64,000 nt of DNA from Christensenellales bacterium (GTDB lineage: Bacteria; Bacillota; Clostridia; Christensenellales; MGBC116941), in NCBI GenBank assembly GCA_050945795.1, contig JBMNTP010000003.1, positions 9,231-73,230 on the forward strand. The letters run 5' to 3'. The notes under the pieces are model-generated. The model made no database searches and was not told the DNA's origin. It saw nothing but the letters and a program-made list of their open reading frames with translations. This document shows positions 20,564 to 31,514 of this stretch, one piece after another. Position 1 is the first letter of the stretch. Every line of letters starts with the position of its first letter. The position numbers and the translations under genes were made by a program.

Positions 20564-21504
20564 AAGCCATACTTGATTTTATAGGCAAGTATAAAAGCTT
20601 TGCCATTGTTTGCCATATCGATCCCGACGGAGATACTTTAGGCGCTTCTTTCGCGCTGGTAGAGGCACTGCGCCTGATAGGCAAGGACGCTGTATCGGTA
20701 TGCCAAAACCCGATACCGTATATGTATAGCTTTATGCCGGGACGATTGGTATTTCCGGAGGAGGCAGAAGGCGTTGAGGCGGTGATTGCCGTAGATTGCG
20801 CCGACATAAAAAGGCTGGGCAGCGCGGCGTACCTTATTGAGGATCGGCCCGGCGCTATAATTGACCATCATATATCAAACGACTGCTTTGTAGAGCCGTG
20901 CTATCTTGATACCGGCGCTTCGTCTACATGCGAGATAGTATATCAATTGATACTTGAGATGGGTGTTAAAGTAAGCGCGGATATGGCAGAGAACCTGTAT
21001 GTCGGTATATCAACGGATACTGGAAATTTCTGCTACTCAAACACTACGCCTACAGCTTTTTATACTGCATCTAAACTTTTAGAGGCGGGCTTTGACATTG
21101 AGAAAACAGCGAACACACTATATCGCAGCCGTACGCTCGCTAAGACAAGGCTTATAGGGCAGGCGATATCTTCAATGGAGCTGCATTTTGATAACAGGGT
21201 GGCGCTTATGGTGATTAGCCTAGAGCAGATGCAGGCGGCGGGGGCAAGCGATACCGACTTTGAAGGCGTTATAGATTTTGCGAGAGATATTCAAGGCATA
21301 GAGATAGCGCTGCTACTGCGAGAAACGCCGACGGGGGCGTATAAAAGCAGCCTTAGGTCGTCGGGCAAAGCCAATGTAGAGGGTATTGCCGCTTCTTACG
21401 GCGGCGGAGGGCATTGCAAGGCGGCGGGTTGCGTGCTCAAAGGCAATATAAATATTCTGCTGCCGGAGATACTTGAAAAGGTTGGGGAAGAACTTGAAAA
21501 ATAA
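20560..21504 (+). CDS. nrnA: DHH/DHHA1 family phosphoesterase (NrnA-like oligoribonuclease/pAp phosphatase)
   Basis: DPDGDTLGAS, VDCAD, IIDHH and GGGHCKAAG (DHHA1) motifs. Overlaps rbfA by 4 nt. Confidence 0.8.
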   Translation: MKAILDFIGKYKSFAIVCHIDPDGDTLGASFALVEALRLIGKDAVSVCQNPIPYMYSFMPGRLVFPEEAEGVEAVIAVDCADIKRLGSAAYLIEDRPGAIIDHHISNDCFVEPCYLDTGASSTCEIVYQLILEMGVKVSADMAENLYVGISTDTGNFCYSNTTPTAFYTASKLLEAGFDIEKTANTLYRSRTLAKTRLIGQAISSMELHFDNRVALMVISLEQMQAAGASDTDFEGVIDFARDIQGIEIALLLRETPTGAYKSSLRSSGKANVEGIAASYGGGGHCKAAGCVLKGNINILLPEILEKVGEELEK

Positions 21505-22387
21505 TACGGGCGGAATTGATGGTGTTATAAATGTGCTAAAGCCGCCCGGCATGACATCAAGTTCTGTTGTATCGGTAATGCGAAGGCTGCTCGGCACAAA
21601 AAAGACCGGGCATGGCGGAACACTTGATCCTATGGCGGCCGGAGTGCTGCCTATTTTGTCGGGCAAGGGAACCCGGCTTTTTGATTATATGCTCGAAGGC
21701 TCAAAGGAATATATAGCTGAGATATGCTTTGGCTATGAAACAGACACTCAGGACAGCCAAGGCAAGATTGTATCAGAATGCGTAATGAATGTTGGCGAGG
21801 AGGATTTTCTTAAAGCCTCGGAGGCGTTAAAAGGCGATATAAAGCAGCAGGCACCTATGTTTTCCGCGGTAAGCGTGGGCGGGCAGAAGCTGTACAAGGC
21901 AGCATATAAGAATATTGAAGTAATCGAACGTCCGTTTCGAGATGCCACAATATACGCTCTGGAGCTGATAAGGAAAACGGCTGAAAACCGCTTTTTGTTC
22001 CGGCTTGAATGTTCGCGCGGCACATATGTACGCACTCTGTGCCACGACATGGGGAAATTACTCGGCGGCTGCGCTTATATGGCTTTTCTTCTAAGGACAA
22101 AATCCGGCGGCATGGATATAGAAAACGCTTATACGCTGGACGAGCTAAGGCAAGCGTATGATGAAAAAAGCGATATAGAAAAGTATGTTACCCGTCTTAA
22201 TGATGCGCTTATAGCGCTGCCCGTTTACAACGCCAAAAGCATATATTGGGATAGGCTAAGGAACGGAAACAGCGTTAAGGTTGGAGGAGTCGATACCGGT
22301 ATAAGCCGCGTTATATGTAATGATGTGCTTATTGGTATGGGCAGCGTTGAGAACGGAGTGCTTAAAATAAAGACAATGCTTATTTGA
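21473..22387 (+). CDS. truB: tRNA pseudouridine(55) synthase TruB
   Basis: GVINVLKPPGMTSS and TGHGGTLDPMAAGVLPI catalytic motif. Start is uncertain: in-frame TTG codons at 21473, 21482 and 21494. Confidence 0.92.
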   Translation: MKRLGKNLKNNTGGIDGVINVLKPPGMTSSSVVSVMRRLLGTKKTGHGGTLDPMAAGVLPILSGKGTRLFDYMLEGSKEYIAEICFGYETDTQDSQGKIVSECVMNVGEEDFLKASEALKGDIKQQAPMFSAVSVGGQKLYKAAYKNIEVIERPFRDATIYALELIRKTAENRFLFRLECSRGTYVRTLCHDMGKLLGGCAYMAFLLRTKSGGMDIENAYTLDELRQAYDEKSDIEKYVTRLNDALIALPVYNAKSIYWDRLRNGNSVKVGGVDTGISRVICNDVLIGMGSVENGVLKIKTMLI

Positions 22388-22397
22388 GGGCTTGATT

Positions 22398-23297
22398 ATG
22401 ATATACAACAGTCTGCATGGGTACACAGGGGAAGGATCATGCGTGGTACTGGGCATGTTCGACGGCGTTCATGCCGGACATCGTTCGCTTATAAGAGCGG
22501 CGGCTGAAAACGGGGGTGGCGTATCGGCGTTTACATTTTCAAACCACCCTTCCGCGATAACGGGAAAAGAGCAGGTAAAGCTGCTTATGACGCCGGAAGA
22601 AAAAGCCAAGGCGCTGCAATCCGCCGGCGTTCGTGATATAATAATGGTGGAGTTCACGCAGCAGTTGGCGTCTCTTTCGCCGCGGCGGTTTGTTGATTTG
22701 CTGGCGCAGCATATACGCCCAAGGTGCGCTGTTGCCGGCTTTAATTACCGGTTTGGCAGCCATGCCGGCGGTAGCGCCGAAACTTTAAGGCTGCTGCTTT
22801 CAGATAAAGGCATAGATACTATTATAGCTGAGTCGGTAATGTATGAGGGACAGGCGGTATCAAGTTCACGCATAAGGGCGGCGCTGCTTGAAGGGGATAC
22901 CGAGCTAGCGGCGGCTATGTTGGGCAGCGACTATATGATATCCGGCAGGGTTATACACGGCAAAGCCATAGGCCGTAAATTAGGCGCTCCCACCGCCAAT
23001 ATTGACGTTGATAAAAGCAAATTGCTGCCCATGGACGGCGTTTATGCCTGCATAGCGCATGTGGACGGAGAAAGCCACAAGGCGGTTTGCAATATAGGGC
23101 CCAAGCCTACGGTAGATGTGCATGAGAGCGGCGTTGAGGCGCATATACTCGGGTACCGCAAGCGGATCTATGGTGGCGTTGTGACTTTAAGTATTAAGCG
23201 ACGGCTTAGAGGAATAGTTGATTTTGGCTCCAAAGAGGCTTTAAGGGAGCAGATAATAAAGGATTGCGCGGAGGCAGCAAAACTTGACAGTATATGA
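22398..23297 (+). CDS. ribF: bifunctional riboflavin kinase / FAD synthetase
   Basis: VVLGMFDGVHAGHRSLI nucleotidyltransferase motif and a C-terminal riboflavin kinase (GRKLGAPTANI). ATG at 22398 is preferred over TTG at 22392. Confidence 0.93.
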   Translation: MIYNSLHGYTGEGSCVVLGMFDGVHAGHRSLIRAAAENGGGVSAFTFSNHPSAITGKEQVKLLMTPEEKAKALQSAGVRDIIMVEFTQQLASLSPRRFVDLLAQHIRPRCAVAGFNYRFGSHAGGSAETLRLLLSDKGIDTIIAESVMYEGQAVSSSRIRAALLEGDTELAAAMLGSDYMISGRVIHGKAIGRKLGAPTANIDVDKSKLLPMDGVYACIAHVDGESHKAVCNIGPKPTVDVHESGVEAHILGYRKRIYGGVVTLSIKRRLRGIVDFGSKEALREQIIKDCAEAAKLDSI

Positions 23298-23362
23298 ATA
23301 CTATGCGCGAAAGCTGAGGATAATAAATGTATCCGGCGTGCCTTTGGTACAAGGCATTGGCA

Positions 23363-23391
23363 TTTACAAACAATTATTGCTGTGATATAAT
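23363..23391 (+). promoter_or_regulatory. candidate sigma-A promoter of rpsO
   Basis: TTTACA, 17-nt spacer, TGaTATAAT (23386-23391). Leaves an ~85-nt leader before the rpsO ATG. Confidence 0.5.
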
Positions 23392-23477
23392 TTATCTTAT
23401 GCTTTAACCAATTGCAAGGTTGCGCGCTTCTCCGACGCCATACTTTGCTTTTGGGGATATAATTAAGGAGGATAAAA

Positions 23478-23741
23478 ATGGACAAGGAAAAGAAAAACAG
23501 TATTATCTCGCAATTTGCGAGGAGCGAAGGCGATACAGGATCGACAGAAGTGCAGGTGGCGTTGCTGACAGAGCGCATAAACCATCTGAACGAACATCTT
23601 AAAGAGCACAAGAAGGATCATCATTCCCGCCGCGGGCTTTTGAAGATGGTTGGACAGCGCAGGGGACTTTTAAATTACCTCAAAGATAAGGATATTGAAC
23701 GTTACAGGACGCTTATTGCATCGCTGAATCTCAGGAAATAA
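23478..23741 (+). CDS. rpsO: 30S ribosomal protein S15
   Basis: [45 protein letters not shown] signature. Confidence 0.97.
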   Translation: MDKEKKNSIISQFARSEGDTGSTEVQVALLTERINHLNEHLKEHKKDHHSRRGLLKMVGQRRGLLNYLKDKDIERYRTLIASLNLRK

Positions 23742-23747
23742 ATATAC

Positions 23748-23784
23748 CAGTTAGAGCGGTTATTCCGCTCTAACTGTTTATTTT
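23748..23784 (+). terminator. intrinsic terminator after rpsO (upstream of pnp)
   Basis: CAGTTAGAGCGG-ttatt-CCGCTCTAACTG 12-bp stem followed by TTTATTTT. Confidence 0.85.
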
Positions 23785-23849
23785 GCGGCTGAAAAGCCGA
23801 TGTGTGAGCCGTAAGGCATTGTGTGTGAACGGAGGAGAGAGAAGAGAAT

Positions 23850-26000
23850 ATGGAAAAAAAATTTAAAATGCAGCTCGGCGGTAGAGAAATTACCATTGAG
23901 ACAGGCAAATACGCCGGCCAGGCCGACGGGGCATGCCTTATAAGGTGCGGCGATACAGCGATTTTAGTATGCGCTACTATGGCGCAAAAGGCTAGGGACG
24001 GTATAGACTTTTTTCCGCTAAGCGTTGAGTATGAGGAAAAGATGTACAGCGTGGGTAAAATACCCGGCGGATTTATAAAGCGCGAGGGTCGTCCAAGTGA
24101 AAAAGCCATACTTACAGCCCGACTTATAGACCGGCCTATCCGGCCGCTGTTTCCTAAAGGGTTCTACAACGATGTTCAGATAATTGCTACGGTGCTTTCA
24201 ATCGATAATGATATGCAGCCGGATGTATTGGCGATGATAGGCTCTTCAATAGCGCTGAGCATTTCAAAAATACCGTTTGCAGGACCGACAGGCGCTGTAG
24301 CAGTAGGCATGATAGACGGAGAATATGTGCTTAACCCCGACGCAGAGCAGCGAGATAAGAGCAAATTGCACCTCGTGGTTTCCGGCACACGCGACGCCGT
24401 TATGATGGTTGAGGCGGGAGCCGAGGAAGTTAGCGAAAGCGAAATGCTTGGCGCTATACTGTTTGGGCATGAGCATATTAAAACTATCGTTGACTCTATA
24501 AATGATATAGTAGTTGAGATAGGAAAAGAAAAGATTGAGCCGGCTATAAGCGGGCCGGAAGAGGCGCTGTTAAAGCGCGTTGAGGAGCTAGCTGCTGAAA
24601 AAGTTGAGTGGAGCGTTGATACTGTAGATCGCGACGTCAGAAACGAAAGGTCGGATCAGGTACAAAAAGAAATTACCGAAGCTCTCGCAGAGGAATTCCC
24701 TGATAGCGCGAGGGACATCGAATCCATACTTTACGACATGACCAAAGCGGTTGTGCGTGACAAGATAATAAACAGGGGCATTCGTCCCGATGGACGCGCT
24801 ATGGACAAGGTTCGTGATATATGGTGCGAAGCTGGCATACTTCCAAGGGCGCATGGCAGCGGCGTATTTACGCGCGGTCAGACGCAGGTGCTAACAATAG
24901 CCACGCTAGGCACAATAAGCGAAGTGCAAGTGCTCGATGGCATAGGCACAGAGGATTCCAAGCGGTATATGCATCAGTACAATATGCCGCCGTACAGCGT
25001 TGGAGAGGCGCGCATGATGCGCGGGCCGGGCAGGCGTGAGATAGGGCATGGCGCTCTTGCGGAACGCTCTTTGCTGCCGGTTATTCCTTCTGAAACCGAA
25101 TTCCCATATGCTATAAGGCTGGTAAGTGAGGTTATAAGCTCTAACGGCTCTACGTCGCAGGGTAGCGTATGCGCAAGCACAATTGCTCTTATGGACGCGG
25201 GTGTGCCTATTAAAAAGCCTGTTGCCGGTGTCGCTATGGGGCTTATAAAGGATCAGCAAAACGGCAATCTCGCCATACTTACAGACATACAGGGCCTTGA
25301 GGATTTCTATGGCGATATGGACTTTAAAGTGGCGGGAACGAAAGACGGCATAACCGCCATACAGATGGATATAAAGATAAAGGGCATTGACGAGGAGATA
25401 CTCACCCGCGCGCTGGAGCAGGCTAAAAAGGGCAGGCTGCACATACTTGGTGAAATGCTCAAAACAATTGACGAGCCGAGAGCCGAGCTATCAAAATACG
25501 CTCCTAAGATAGTGCATTTTATGATTAATCCCGAAAAGATAAGGGAGGTCATAGGGCCGAGCGGCAAGATGATAAACAAGATAATTGACGAGACCGGCGT
25601 TAAAATAGACATAGAGGATGACGGCAGCGTGTTTATAGCGTCGCCGGATGCCGATGCTATAGCGGCGGCAAGGAAGCTTATCGAAAACATCGCCAAGGAT
25701 GTTGAAGTGGGCGAGGTTTATCTCGGCAGGGTTACCCGCATAATGAACTTTGGCGCGTTTGTTGAGCTGTTGCCGGGCAAAGAGGGCATGGTACATATTT
25801 CCAAGCTTGAACATCATCGCGTTGAAAAGGTTGAGGATGTTGTAAATATTGGAGACGAGATACTCGTTAAAGTTATCGAGATAGACGAAAAGGGCAGGGT
25901 TAACCTTACAAGAAAAGACCTTATACCCAACGACAAACCCAAGCAGGACGGCGAAGGCAGAGGCCCGCGCCCGCCGCGTCGGGATTTTAACAAAAACTAA
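23850..26000 (+). CDS. pnp: polyribonucleotide nucleotidyltransferase (PNPase)
   Basis: Two RNase PH domains ([22 protein letters not shown]; [21 protein letters not shown]), then KH and S1 domains, and a basic C-terminal tail. Confidence 0.97.
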   Translation: MEKKFKMQLGGREITIETGKYAGQADGACLIRCGDTAILVCATMAQKARDGIDFFPLSVEYEEKMYSVGKIPGGFIKREGRPSEKAILTARLIDRPIRPLFPKGFYNDVQIIATVLSIDNDMQPDVLAMIGSSIALSISKIPFAGPTGAVAVGMIDGEYVLNPDAEQRDKSKLHLVVSGTRDAVMMVEAGAEEVSESEMLGAILFGHEHIKTIVDSINDIVVEIGKEKIEPAISGPEEALLKRVEELAAEKVEWSVDTVDRDVRNERSDQVQKEITEALAEEFPDSARDIESILYDMTKAVVRDKIINRGIRPDGRAMDKVRDIWCEAGILPRAHGSGVFTRGQTQVLTIATLGTISEVQVLDGIGTEDSKRYMHQYNMPPYSVGEARMMRGPGRREIGHGALAERSLLPVIPSETEFPYAIRLVSEVISSNGSTSQGSVCASTIALMDAGVPIKKPVAGVAMGLIKDQQNGNLAILTDIQGLEDFYGDMDFKVAGTKDGITAIQMDIKIKGIDEEILTRALEQAKKGRLHILGEMLKTIDEPRAELSKYAPKIVHFMINPEKIREVIGPSGKMINKIIDETGVKIDIEDDGSVFIASPDADAIAAARKLIENIAKDVEVGEVYLGRVTRIMNFGAFVELLPGKEGMVHISKLEHHRVEKVEDVVNIGDEILVKVIEIDEKGRVNLTRKDLIPNDKPKQDGEGRGPRPPRRDFNKN

Positions 26001-26025
26001 GCCGCGGCAAAGGCTTTGCGCGGTT

Positions 26026-26058
26026 ACAGGCACAGCCCGACGGCTGTGCCTGTTTGTA
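26026..26058 (+). terminator. intrinsic terminator after pnp
   Basis: ACAGGCACAGCC-cgac-GGCTGTGCCTGT 12-bp stem followed by TTGT. Confidence 0.7.
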
Positions 26059-26161
26059 TAAAGCGGGGGCGGTTTACGGCTGGATAAAAAGCCGTTTTTA
26101 GAGGATGTTAATATAATACGGGCGACTTTACGCACCGATATATGTGTAAGGGATTGGTAAT

Positions 26162-27418
26162 ATGATAAAGAGCGAATTATTGTCAAATGGCATAAGAGTT
26201 GTAGCGCAGGAGATGCCGGGATACCATAGCGCGTCGATTGGCGTATGGGTGCGCACAGGGGCGGTAAACGAAAAAAGCGATATCGCTGGAATTTCACATT
26301 TGATAGAGCACATGATGTTCAAAGGCACAAAGGAAAGGTCGGCAAGCGATATAGCCGCCGAGATGGACGGCGTAGGAGGGCAGATAAACGCCTTTACATC
26401 AAAGGAGTGCACCTGCTATCATGCTACGGTAACCGATGAGCATATTGATATGGCGGCGAAACTGCTTGCAGATATGGTTTTAAACTCGGTGTATGACGAA
26501 GGGGAGATGCAAAAGGAAAAGGGCGTTATAACCGAGGAAATATCTATGATTGAGGATTCGCCGGAGGATATGGTGCATGATCTGCATAACGAGGTGTTCT
26601 TTGCCGGTCATAACAATTCAAACTCAATACTTGGTACACGAGAAACAGTATCCAGCTTATCGAGGGCAAATATAGTCGATTACCTTAAGCTTAGATACAC
26701 CTCGGACAAGGTTGTTATAGCCGTTGCCGGCAACATAAATATGGCGGAGCTAAAGCCGGTTTTAGAAGAAGCCTTCTTCGCACTTCCTAAGCCTTCTGGA
26801 AAAACTGACGATTTGCCTGAGTTTATACGTCCCAAGCAAAAAATAATTACTGTGCGCGAGAAGGATAATGAGCAGGTGCATCTATGCGTAGGCTTTCCCG
26901 GCGTAGCGCTGTCCGTTAATATATATCCGCTTTACATACTCAACAACCTTTTTGGCGGCAGCATGTCTTCACGGCTGTTCCAGCGCATAAGAGAGGAGCG
27001 CGGCCTAACATACTCGATATATTCATACCCGAGCACTTATACCTCCGGCGGCATGTACTCTCTTTACGCCGCCACAAGGCCGGATCAGACAAAAGAGGTT
27101 ATAGAGCTGAGTCTTAAGGAGATAAGGCAGCTTAGCAGCAGCGGCGTTACAAAAGAGGAGTTTTTGCGAGCCAAAGATCAGCTTAAAGGCAACTTTATAT
27201 TAGGCTCTGAAAGCGTTGGCGGCAGGGCATCGAACCTTGGCAAGAATATGACGCTGCTAGACCGTGTTATAACGGTTGAGGAGAATATAAGGCTTATTGA
27301 GGCGGTTACGCCGGATGATGTGAACGCGCTGCTCGAAAAAATATTTGACGAGGAATCACTTTGCGCTACATTTATAGGGCGGGTTGATAAAGCCGAGGCT
27401 GAGGGCTGGTTTAAGTAA
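26162..27418 (+). CDS. M16 family (pitrilysin-like) zinc peptidase, YmxG/MlpA-like
   Basis: Inverted zinc motif HLIEHMMFKGT and a downstream E residue. Conserved pnp-downstream position, as in Bacillus. Confidence 0.85.
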   Translation: MIKSELLSNGIRVVAQEMPGYHSASIGVWVRTGAVNEKSDIAGISHLIEHMMFKGTKERSASDIAAEMDGVGGQINAFTSKECTCYHATVTDEHIDMAAKLLADMVLNSVYDEGEMQKEKGVITEEISMIEDSPEDMVHDLHNEVFFAGHNNSNSILGTRETVSSLSRANIVDYLKLRYTSDKVVIAVAGNINMAELKPVLEEAFFALPKPSGKTDDLPEFIRPKQKIITVREKDNEQVHLCVGFPGVALSVNIYPLYILNNLFGGSMSSRLFQRIREERGLTYSIYSYPSTYTSGGMYSLYAATRPDQTKEVIELSLKEIRQLSSSGVTKEEFLRAKDQLKGNFILGSESVGGRASNLGKNMTLLDRVITVEENIRLIEAVTPDDVNALLEKIFDEESLCATFIGRVDKAEAEGWFK

Positions 27419-27456
27419 TTGTGCTATTTATTGCATATTGATTTTTAGGGGGACTT

Positions 27457-27810
27457 ATGGATAAGCTGGACAGTATATTCAAAATGCAGGAGCAGTTTGA
27501 CAATGAGCTTATTGAAAAGCGGGGCTTGCACGGCATATCTCAGGAGCAGTGGATACAAAAAGAGACACTTGCGCTTATAAGTGAGCTGGCTGAGCTGCTT
27601 GATGAGGTTAATTTCAAATGGTGGAAAAATGAGAAGCCGGTTGATATGGACGCGGTAAAAGAGGAGCTTGTTGACATACTGCATTTTTTTGTAAGTATGT
27701 GTATTAAAACCGGCATGGACGCTAATGAGCTGTTTGAAATATATATTAAAAAGAACCGCGAAAATTTTGATAGGCAGCATGGGTTGTCAAGTAAAGAGGG
27801 TTACTGCTGA
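27457..27810 (+). CDS. dimeric all-alpha dUTPase-like NTP pyrophosphatase (dUTPase_2 family)
   Basis: Pattern LDSIFKMQEQFDNELI...ALISELAELLDEVNFKWWK...EELVDILHFFVSM resembles the dimeric dUTPase/MazG-like helical fold. Assigned from memory. Confidence 0.6.
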   Translation: MDKLDSIFKMQEQFDNELIEKRGLHGISQEQWIQKETLALISELAELLDEVNFKWWKNEKPVDMDAVKEELVDILHFFVSMCIKTGMDANELFEIYIKKNRENFDRQHGLSSKEGYC

Positions 27811-27957
27811 GTGCGTAAAGTCGCTTAGGTAAATTATTCTTTGAAGTATTTGCGTATTCATATTATAATTGATGCATACAGCCTGGCCTAAAAGGCGAGA
27901 CGTGGGCGACAGCCTGCGCCGGGCTTATGCATATTTTGTTTGGTTGGAGGTCTTAAA

Positions 27958-30195
27958 ATGCCAGCGAGGCCGGTAAGGAAATCGTCCCGCAAGCCTGCGG
28001 AGGCGGTAAATGCCAGGGCAAATGAGATTGCCGGGCTTATATTAATAGCTCTGGGCATTTTTTTTGTGCTGTGCATTTTTACCGAAGCTGCGGGCATAGT
28101 AGGAGCATTTATAAAGCCGCTGCTTTTCGGTTTGTTCGGCATACTTGCATTCGCTTCGCCTATTATTATGATAGCGTCGGGCGTGCTTATAATAATGGCA
28201 AGGTCACGAGCGGCGCATCTGGGCAAGCTGGTGACATCGCTATTTCTTATTGTGTTTTTCACCGCTTTATTGCAAATATTCTGGTATGATGGCAGAGAAC
28301 CGGGCGGTTTTTTCGAATTTGTCGCGCGCTCGTATGAGTTTGGCGTTGACAGGCATTTAGGAGGCGGCGCGATAGGCGCGTTGCCACTTTATCCCGCGCT
28401 GATACTTTTCGGTGAGGCGGGAGCATATATCTTCTTTACGCTCGCCGTTGTAATATGCATAATAATACTAACCAACCTTTCTGTTAAAAAGGTAGGCGAG
28501 AAGGTCGGCAGCACTATAAAGGCTAAAGTTGAGGAAGGACGCGAGGCCAGGGCGGAGCGTCGCCGCATACAGATATTCGAAGAAAGCCGCCGGCAGCCGC
28601 CGGAATTAGACCCGCCATGGGAACAGGAACCGAGACCGGTTTTCGCGCAGCAATCTATGGACGAGCATCAAAGCGTTATAGCGCCGCCGCCTAAGGGCAG
28701 GACATGCGCAGCCGAGCCAAAGGCGAAGGAGCCGGAACAGCCTGTTATTATGACAAAGGCGCAGCATGACGGCGCTTATATTCCGCCGTCGATTACGCTT
28801 TTGAAAAAGCCGGCTCCGCCTAAGGCTTCAGGTAGGGATGACGCGGTGCAAAACGCCAGGCTGCTTGAGGAGACGCTTTTAAGCTTTAACATACCTGCGA
28901 AGGTAAAGCAGATAACGCGCGGCCCCGCCGTAACAAGGTATGAGCTGCATCCTGAGCAAGGCATAAAGGTATCGCGCATTGTAAACCTTGCAAACGACAT
29001 AGCGCTGTCATTAGCCGCTACTGAAGTGAGGATTGAAGCGCCTATACCCGGCAAGGCGGCGGTAGGCATAGAAGTCCCTAATAAAGTTGTGTCGATGGTA
29101 TCGATAAGAGAGGTTCTTGAAAGCGCTGAATTTATAAAGCATAAATCGCCGGTGGCGTTTGCGCTCGGCAAGGATATAGGAAACGTGAATATAGTAGCGG
29201 ATATCGAAAAGATGCCGCACCTTTTAATCGCCGGAACGACGGGTTCGGGTAAAAGCGTATGTATAAACAACCTTATAGTAAGCGTTTTAATGCGGTCTTC
29301 GCCTGAGCAGGTAAAGATGGTTATGATTGACCCGAAAATGGTAGAGCTAGTCGGCTATAATGGCATTCCCCACCTTTATGTGCCTGTCGTTACAGACAGC
29401 AAAAAGGCGGCGGGAGCGTTACGTTGGGCTCTTAATGAAATGGAGATGCGGTACGCAAAGTTCTCGCAGGCAGGCGTGCGCCAACTTTCGACATACAACG
29501 AATCTGCGGAGGAAAGGCTGCCGCGCGTGCTTGTTATAGTGGACGAGCTTGCCGATTTAATGATGGTAGCGCCGCAGGAGGTTGAGGAGCTGATATGCCG
29601 CATAGCGCAAAAAGGCAGGGCGGCGGGCATACATTTGGTGCTGGCGACTCAGCGGCCGTCTGCGAACGTGGTTACAGGGCTTATAAAGGCCAACGTGCCA
29701 TCAAGGATAGCATTTAATGTCTACTCAAACCTTGACTCCCGCATTATACTTGATATGCCGGGAGCGGAAAAGCTGCTCGGGCGCGGCGATATGCTTTATC
29801 ATCCCATAGGCGAGCCTAAACCGATACGCGTGCAGGGCGCTTTCATTGACGATGATGAAGTGGCGGCGATTACCGATTATTTAAGAGAGATGAGCGAAGT
29901 TGAGTACAGCGAGGATATAATAGAGGCTATAGAGTCGGGAGGGCAAAGCGAAAGCGCTGCTGAAAAAGAAGACTATGACGAATTGCTGCCTGACGCGGCA
30001 AAGATATTTTTGGATCGCGGGGAAGCATCGATATCGCTGCTGCAGCGTCGCATGAGAGTGGGGTACGCGAGGGCGGCAAGGCTGGTAGACCAAATGGAAC
30101 AGATGGGCATTGTAAGCGGACAAGACGGCAGCAAGCCGCGAAATGTGCTTATAGGTACGGACGATTATGAGAGAATTTTTGGGGGCGGGGATTGA
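27958..30195 (+). CDS. ftsK: DNA translocase FtsK/SpoIIIE
   Basis: N-terminal TM helices, a Pro/Glu-rich linker, a motor domain with Walker A GTTGSGKSV and Walker B VIVDELADLM, and a C-terminal gamma wHTH domain (ASISLLQRRMRVGYARAARLVDQME). GGAGG precedes the ATG at 27958. Confidence 0.95.
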   Translation: MPARPVRKSSRKPAEAVNARANEIAGLILIALGIFFVLCIFTEAAGIVGAFIKPLLFGLFGILAFASPIIMIASGVLIIMARSRAAHLGKLVTSLFLIVFFTALLQIFWYDGREPGGFFEFVARSYEFGVDRHLGGGAIGALPLYPALILFGEAGAYIFFTLAVVICIIILTNLSVKKVGEKVGSTIKAKVEEGREARAERRRIQIFEESRRQPPELDPPWEQEPRPVFAQQSMDEHQSVIAPPPKGRTCAAEPKAKEPEQPVIMTKAQHDGAYIPPSITLLKKPAPPKASGRDDAVQNARLLEETLLSFNIPAKVKQITRGPAVTRYELHPEQGIKVSRIVNLANDIALSLAATEVRIEAPIPGKAAVGIEVPNKVVSMVSIREVLESAEFIKHKSPVAFALGKDIGNVNIVADIEKMPHLLIAGTTGSGKSVCINNLIVSVLMRSSPEQVKMVMIDPKMVELVGYNGIPHLYVPVVTDSKKAAGALRWALNEMEMRYAKFSQAGVRQLSTYNESAEERLPRVLVIVDELADLMMVAPQEVEELICRIAQKGRAAGIHLVLATQRPSANVVTGLIKANVPSRIAFNVYSNLDSRIILDMPGAEKLLGRGDMLYHPIGEPKPIRVQGAFIDDDEVAAITDYLREMSEVEYSEDIIEAIESGGQSESAAEKEDYDELLPDAAKIFLDRGEASISLLQRRMRVGYARAARLVDQMEQMGIVSGQDGSKPRNVLIGTDDYERIFGGGD

Positions 30196-31514
30196 GCATT
30201 AAGATAGGCATGGTATCGCTAGGCTGCGCTAAAAATGCGGTGGACGCCGAGGTTATGTTGGGCGCGCTTGTCGATTCGGGCTGTGAGATAACGCCGGACG
30301 CCGAAGCGGCCGATATAATAATTGTAAACACCTGCGGCTTTATTGATGCCGCCAAGCGAGAATCTATAGAGGCTATACTCGATATGGCCAAAATGAAGCA
30401 GACAGGAAGATGTAAGCGGCTTATAGTATCCGGCTGCTTAAGCGAGAGATATATAAAGGATTTGCCCGAGCTTATGCCGGAGGTAGACGCTTTTCTTGGC
30501 GTAGGTCAGAGCGCCGGCATAGCTGACATTATAAAAGAAGTTGAAGAGGGGCGGCGGGTAATCGAGTCGGGGCTGCCGGACACGCATTATAACGCCATGA
30601 AGCGAGTGCTTACAACGCCATGGTATACGGCGTATGTAAAGATAGCTGAGGGCTGTGACAACTGCTGCACTTACTGCGCCATACCATCGATACGCGGCGG
30701 ATATGTCAGCGCGCCTGAGGAGGATGTGCTGTCCGAGCTCGAGCGGCTGGCCGAGGCCGGAGTTAAAGAAGCGGTACTGGTGGCGCAGGATACAACGCGA
30801 TACGGCGAGGATATATACGGCGAGAGGCGGCTGGCAGATCTGCTTGAAAAAGCATGTGAGATAGACGGCATTGACTGGCTAAGGGTGCTGTACTGTTATC
30901 CCGAAAGGGTTGATAAGCGGCTGCTTGACGTTATGGCGCGTCAGCCTAAAATATTAAAGTATATTGATCTTCCTATGCAGCACGCCGACAACGGCATACT
31001 AAAAGCCATGAACCGCGCTAATACCCGCGAATCCATGCAGCGGCTTATGGATGATATACGCGGATACGACTGCGGTTTTGTCGTAAGGACGTCTCTTATA
31101 TCGGGATTCCCGGGAGAGGACGAAAAGGCGCATGAAGCTCTTTTAGAGTTTATAAAGCATAATCGCATAGAGCGAATAGGCGCGTTTGAGTTTAGCCGAG
31201 AAGAAGGTACGCCGGCTTACTCTATGCCTCAAGTGCATTGGAAAACTAAAAAGCGCCGCCATAGAGCGGTTATGGAGCTTGCGAGAGAAATATCGCGCGA
31301 GTTTAATAGCAGCAGGGTAGGCGATGAAGTTATGGTGCTGTGCGAAGGGTTTGATGAGGAGCGGGGCCTGTTTTATGGCCGCAGCTTCGCGGAAGCGCCG
31401 GACGCTGATGGAAAAGTATATTTTACTGCTAAGGAATTCACGCCGGGAGAGTTTACGCGTGTGCGTATACTGTCGGCGGGGGACTATGATATTACAGGAG
31501 AGGCGGACTTATGA
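30192..31514 (+). CDS. rimO: ribosomal protein S12 methylthiotransferase RimO
   Basis: MTTase N-domain (SLGCAKN...NTCGFI), radical-SAM CxxxCxxC (GCDNCCTYCAIP) and a C-terminal TRAM domain. rimO-pgsA-cinA-recA synteny. Confidence 0.88.
   Translation: MSIKIGMVSLGCAKNAVDAEVMLGALVDSGCEITPDAEAADIIIVNTCGFIDAAKRESIEAILDMAKMKQTGRCKRLIVSGCLSERYIKDLPELMPEVDAFLGVGQSAGIADIIKEVEEGRRVIESGLPDTHYNAMKRVLTTPWYTAYVKIAEGCDNCCTYCAIPSIRGGYVSAPEEDVLSELERLAEAGVKEAVLVAQDTTRYGEDIYGERRLADLLEKACEIDGIDWLRVLYCYPERVDKRLLDVMARQPKILKYIDLPMQHADNGILKAMNRANTRESMQRLMDDIRGYDCGFVVRTSLISGFPGEDEKAHEALLEFIKHNRIERIGAFEFSREEGTPAYSMPQVHWKTKKRRHRAVMELAREISREFNSSRVGDEVMVLCEGFDEERGLFYGRSFAEAPDADGKVYFTAKEFTPGEFTRVRILSAGDYDITGEADL

Noticed and set aside
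25491-26297. 268-aa minus-strand ORF spanning the pnp 3' end, its terminator and the peptidase 5' end
   Set aside because: It crosses a strong terminator hairpin and two well-supported + strand genes. No family resemblance was seen.
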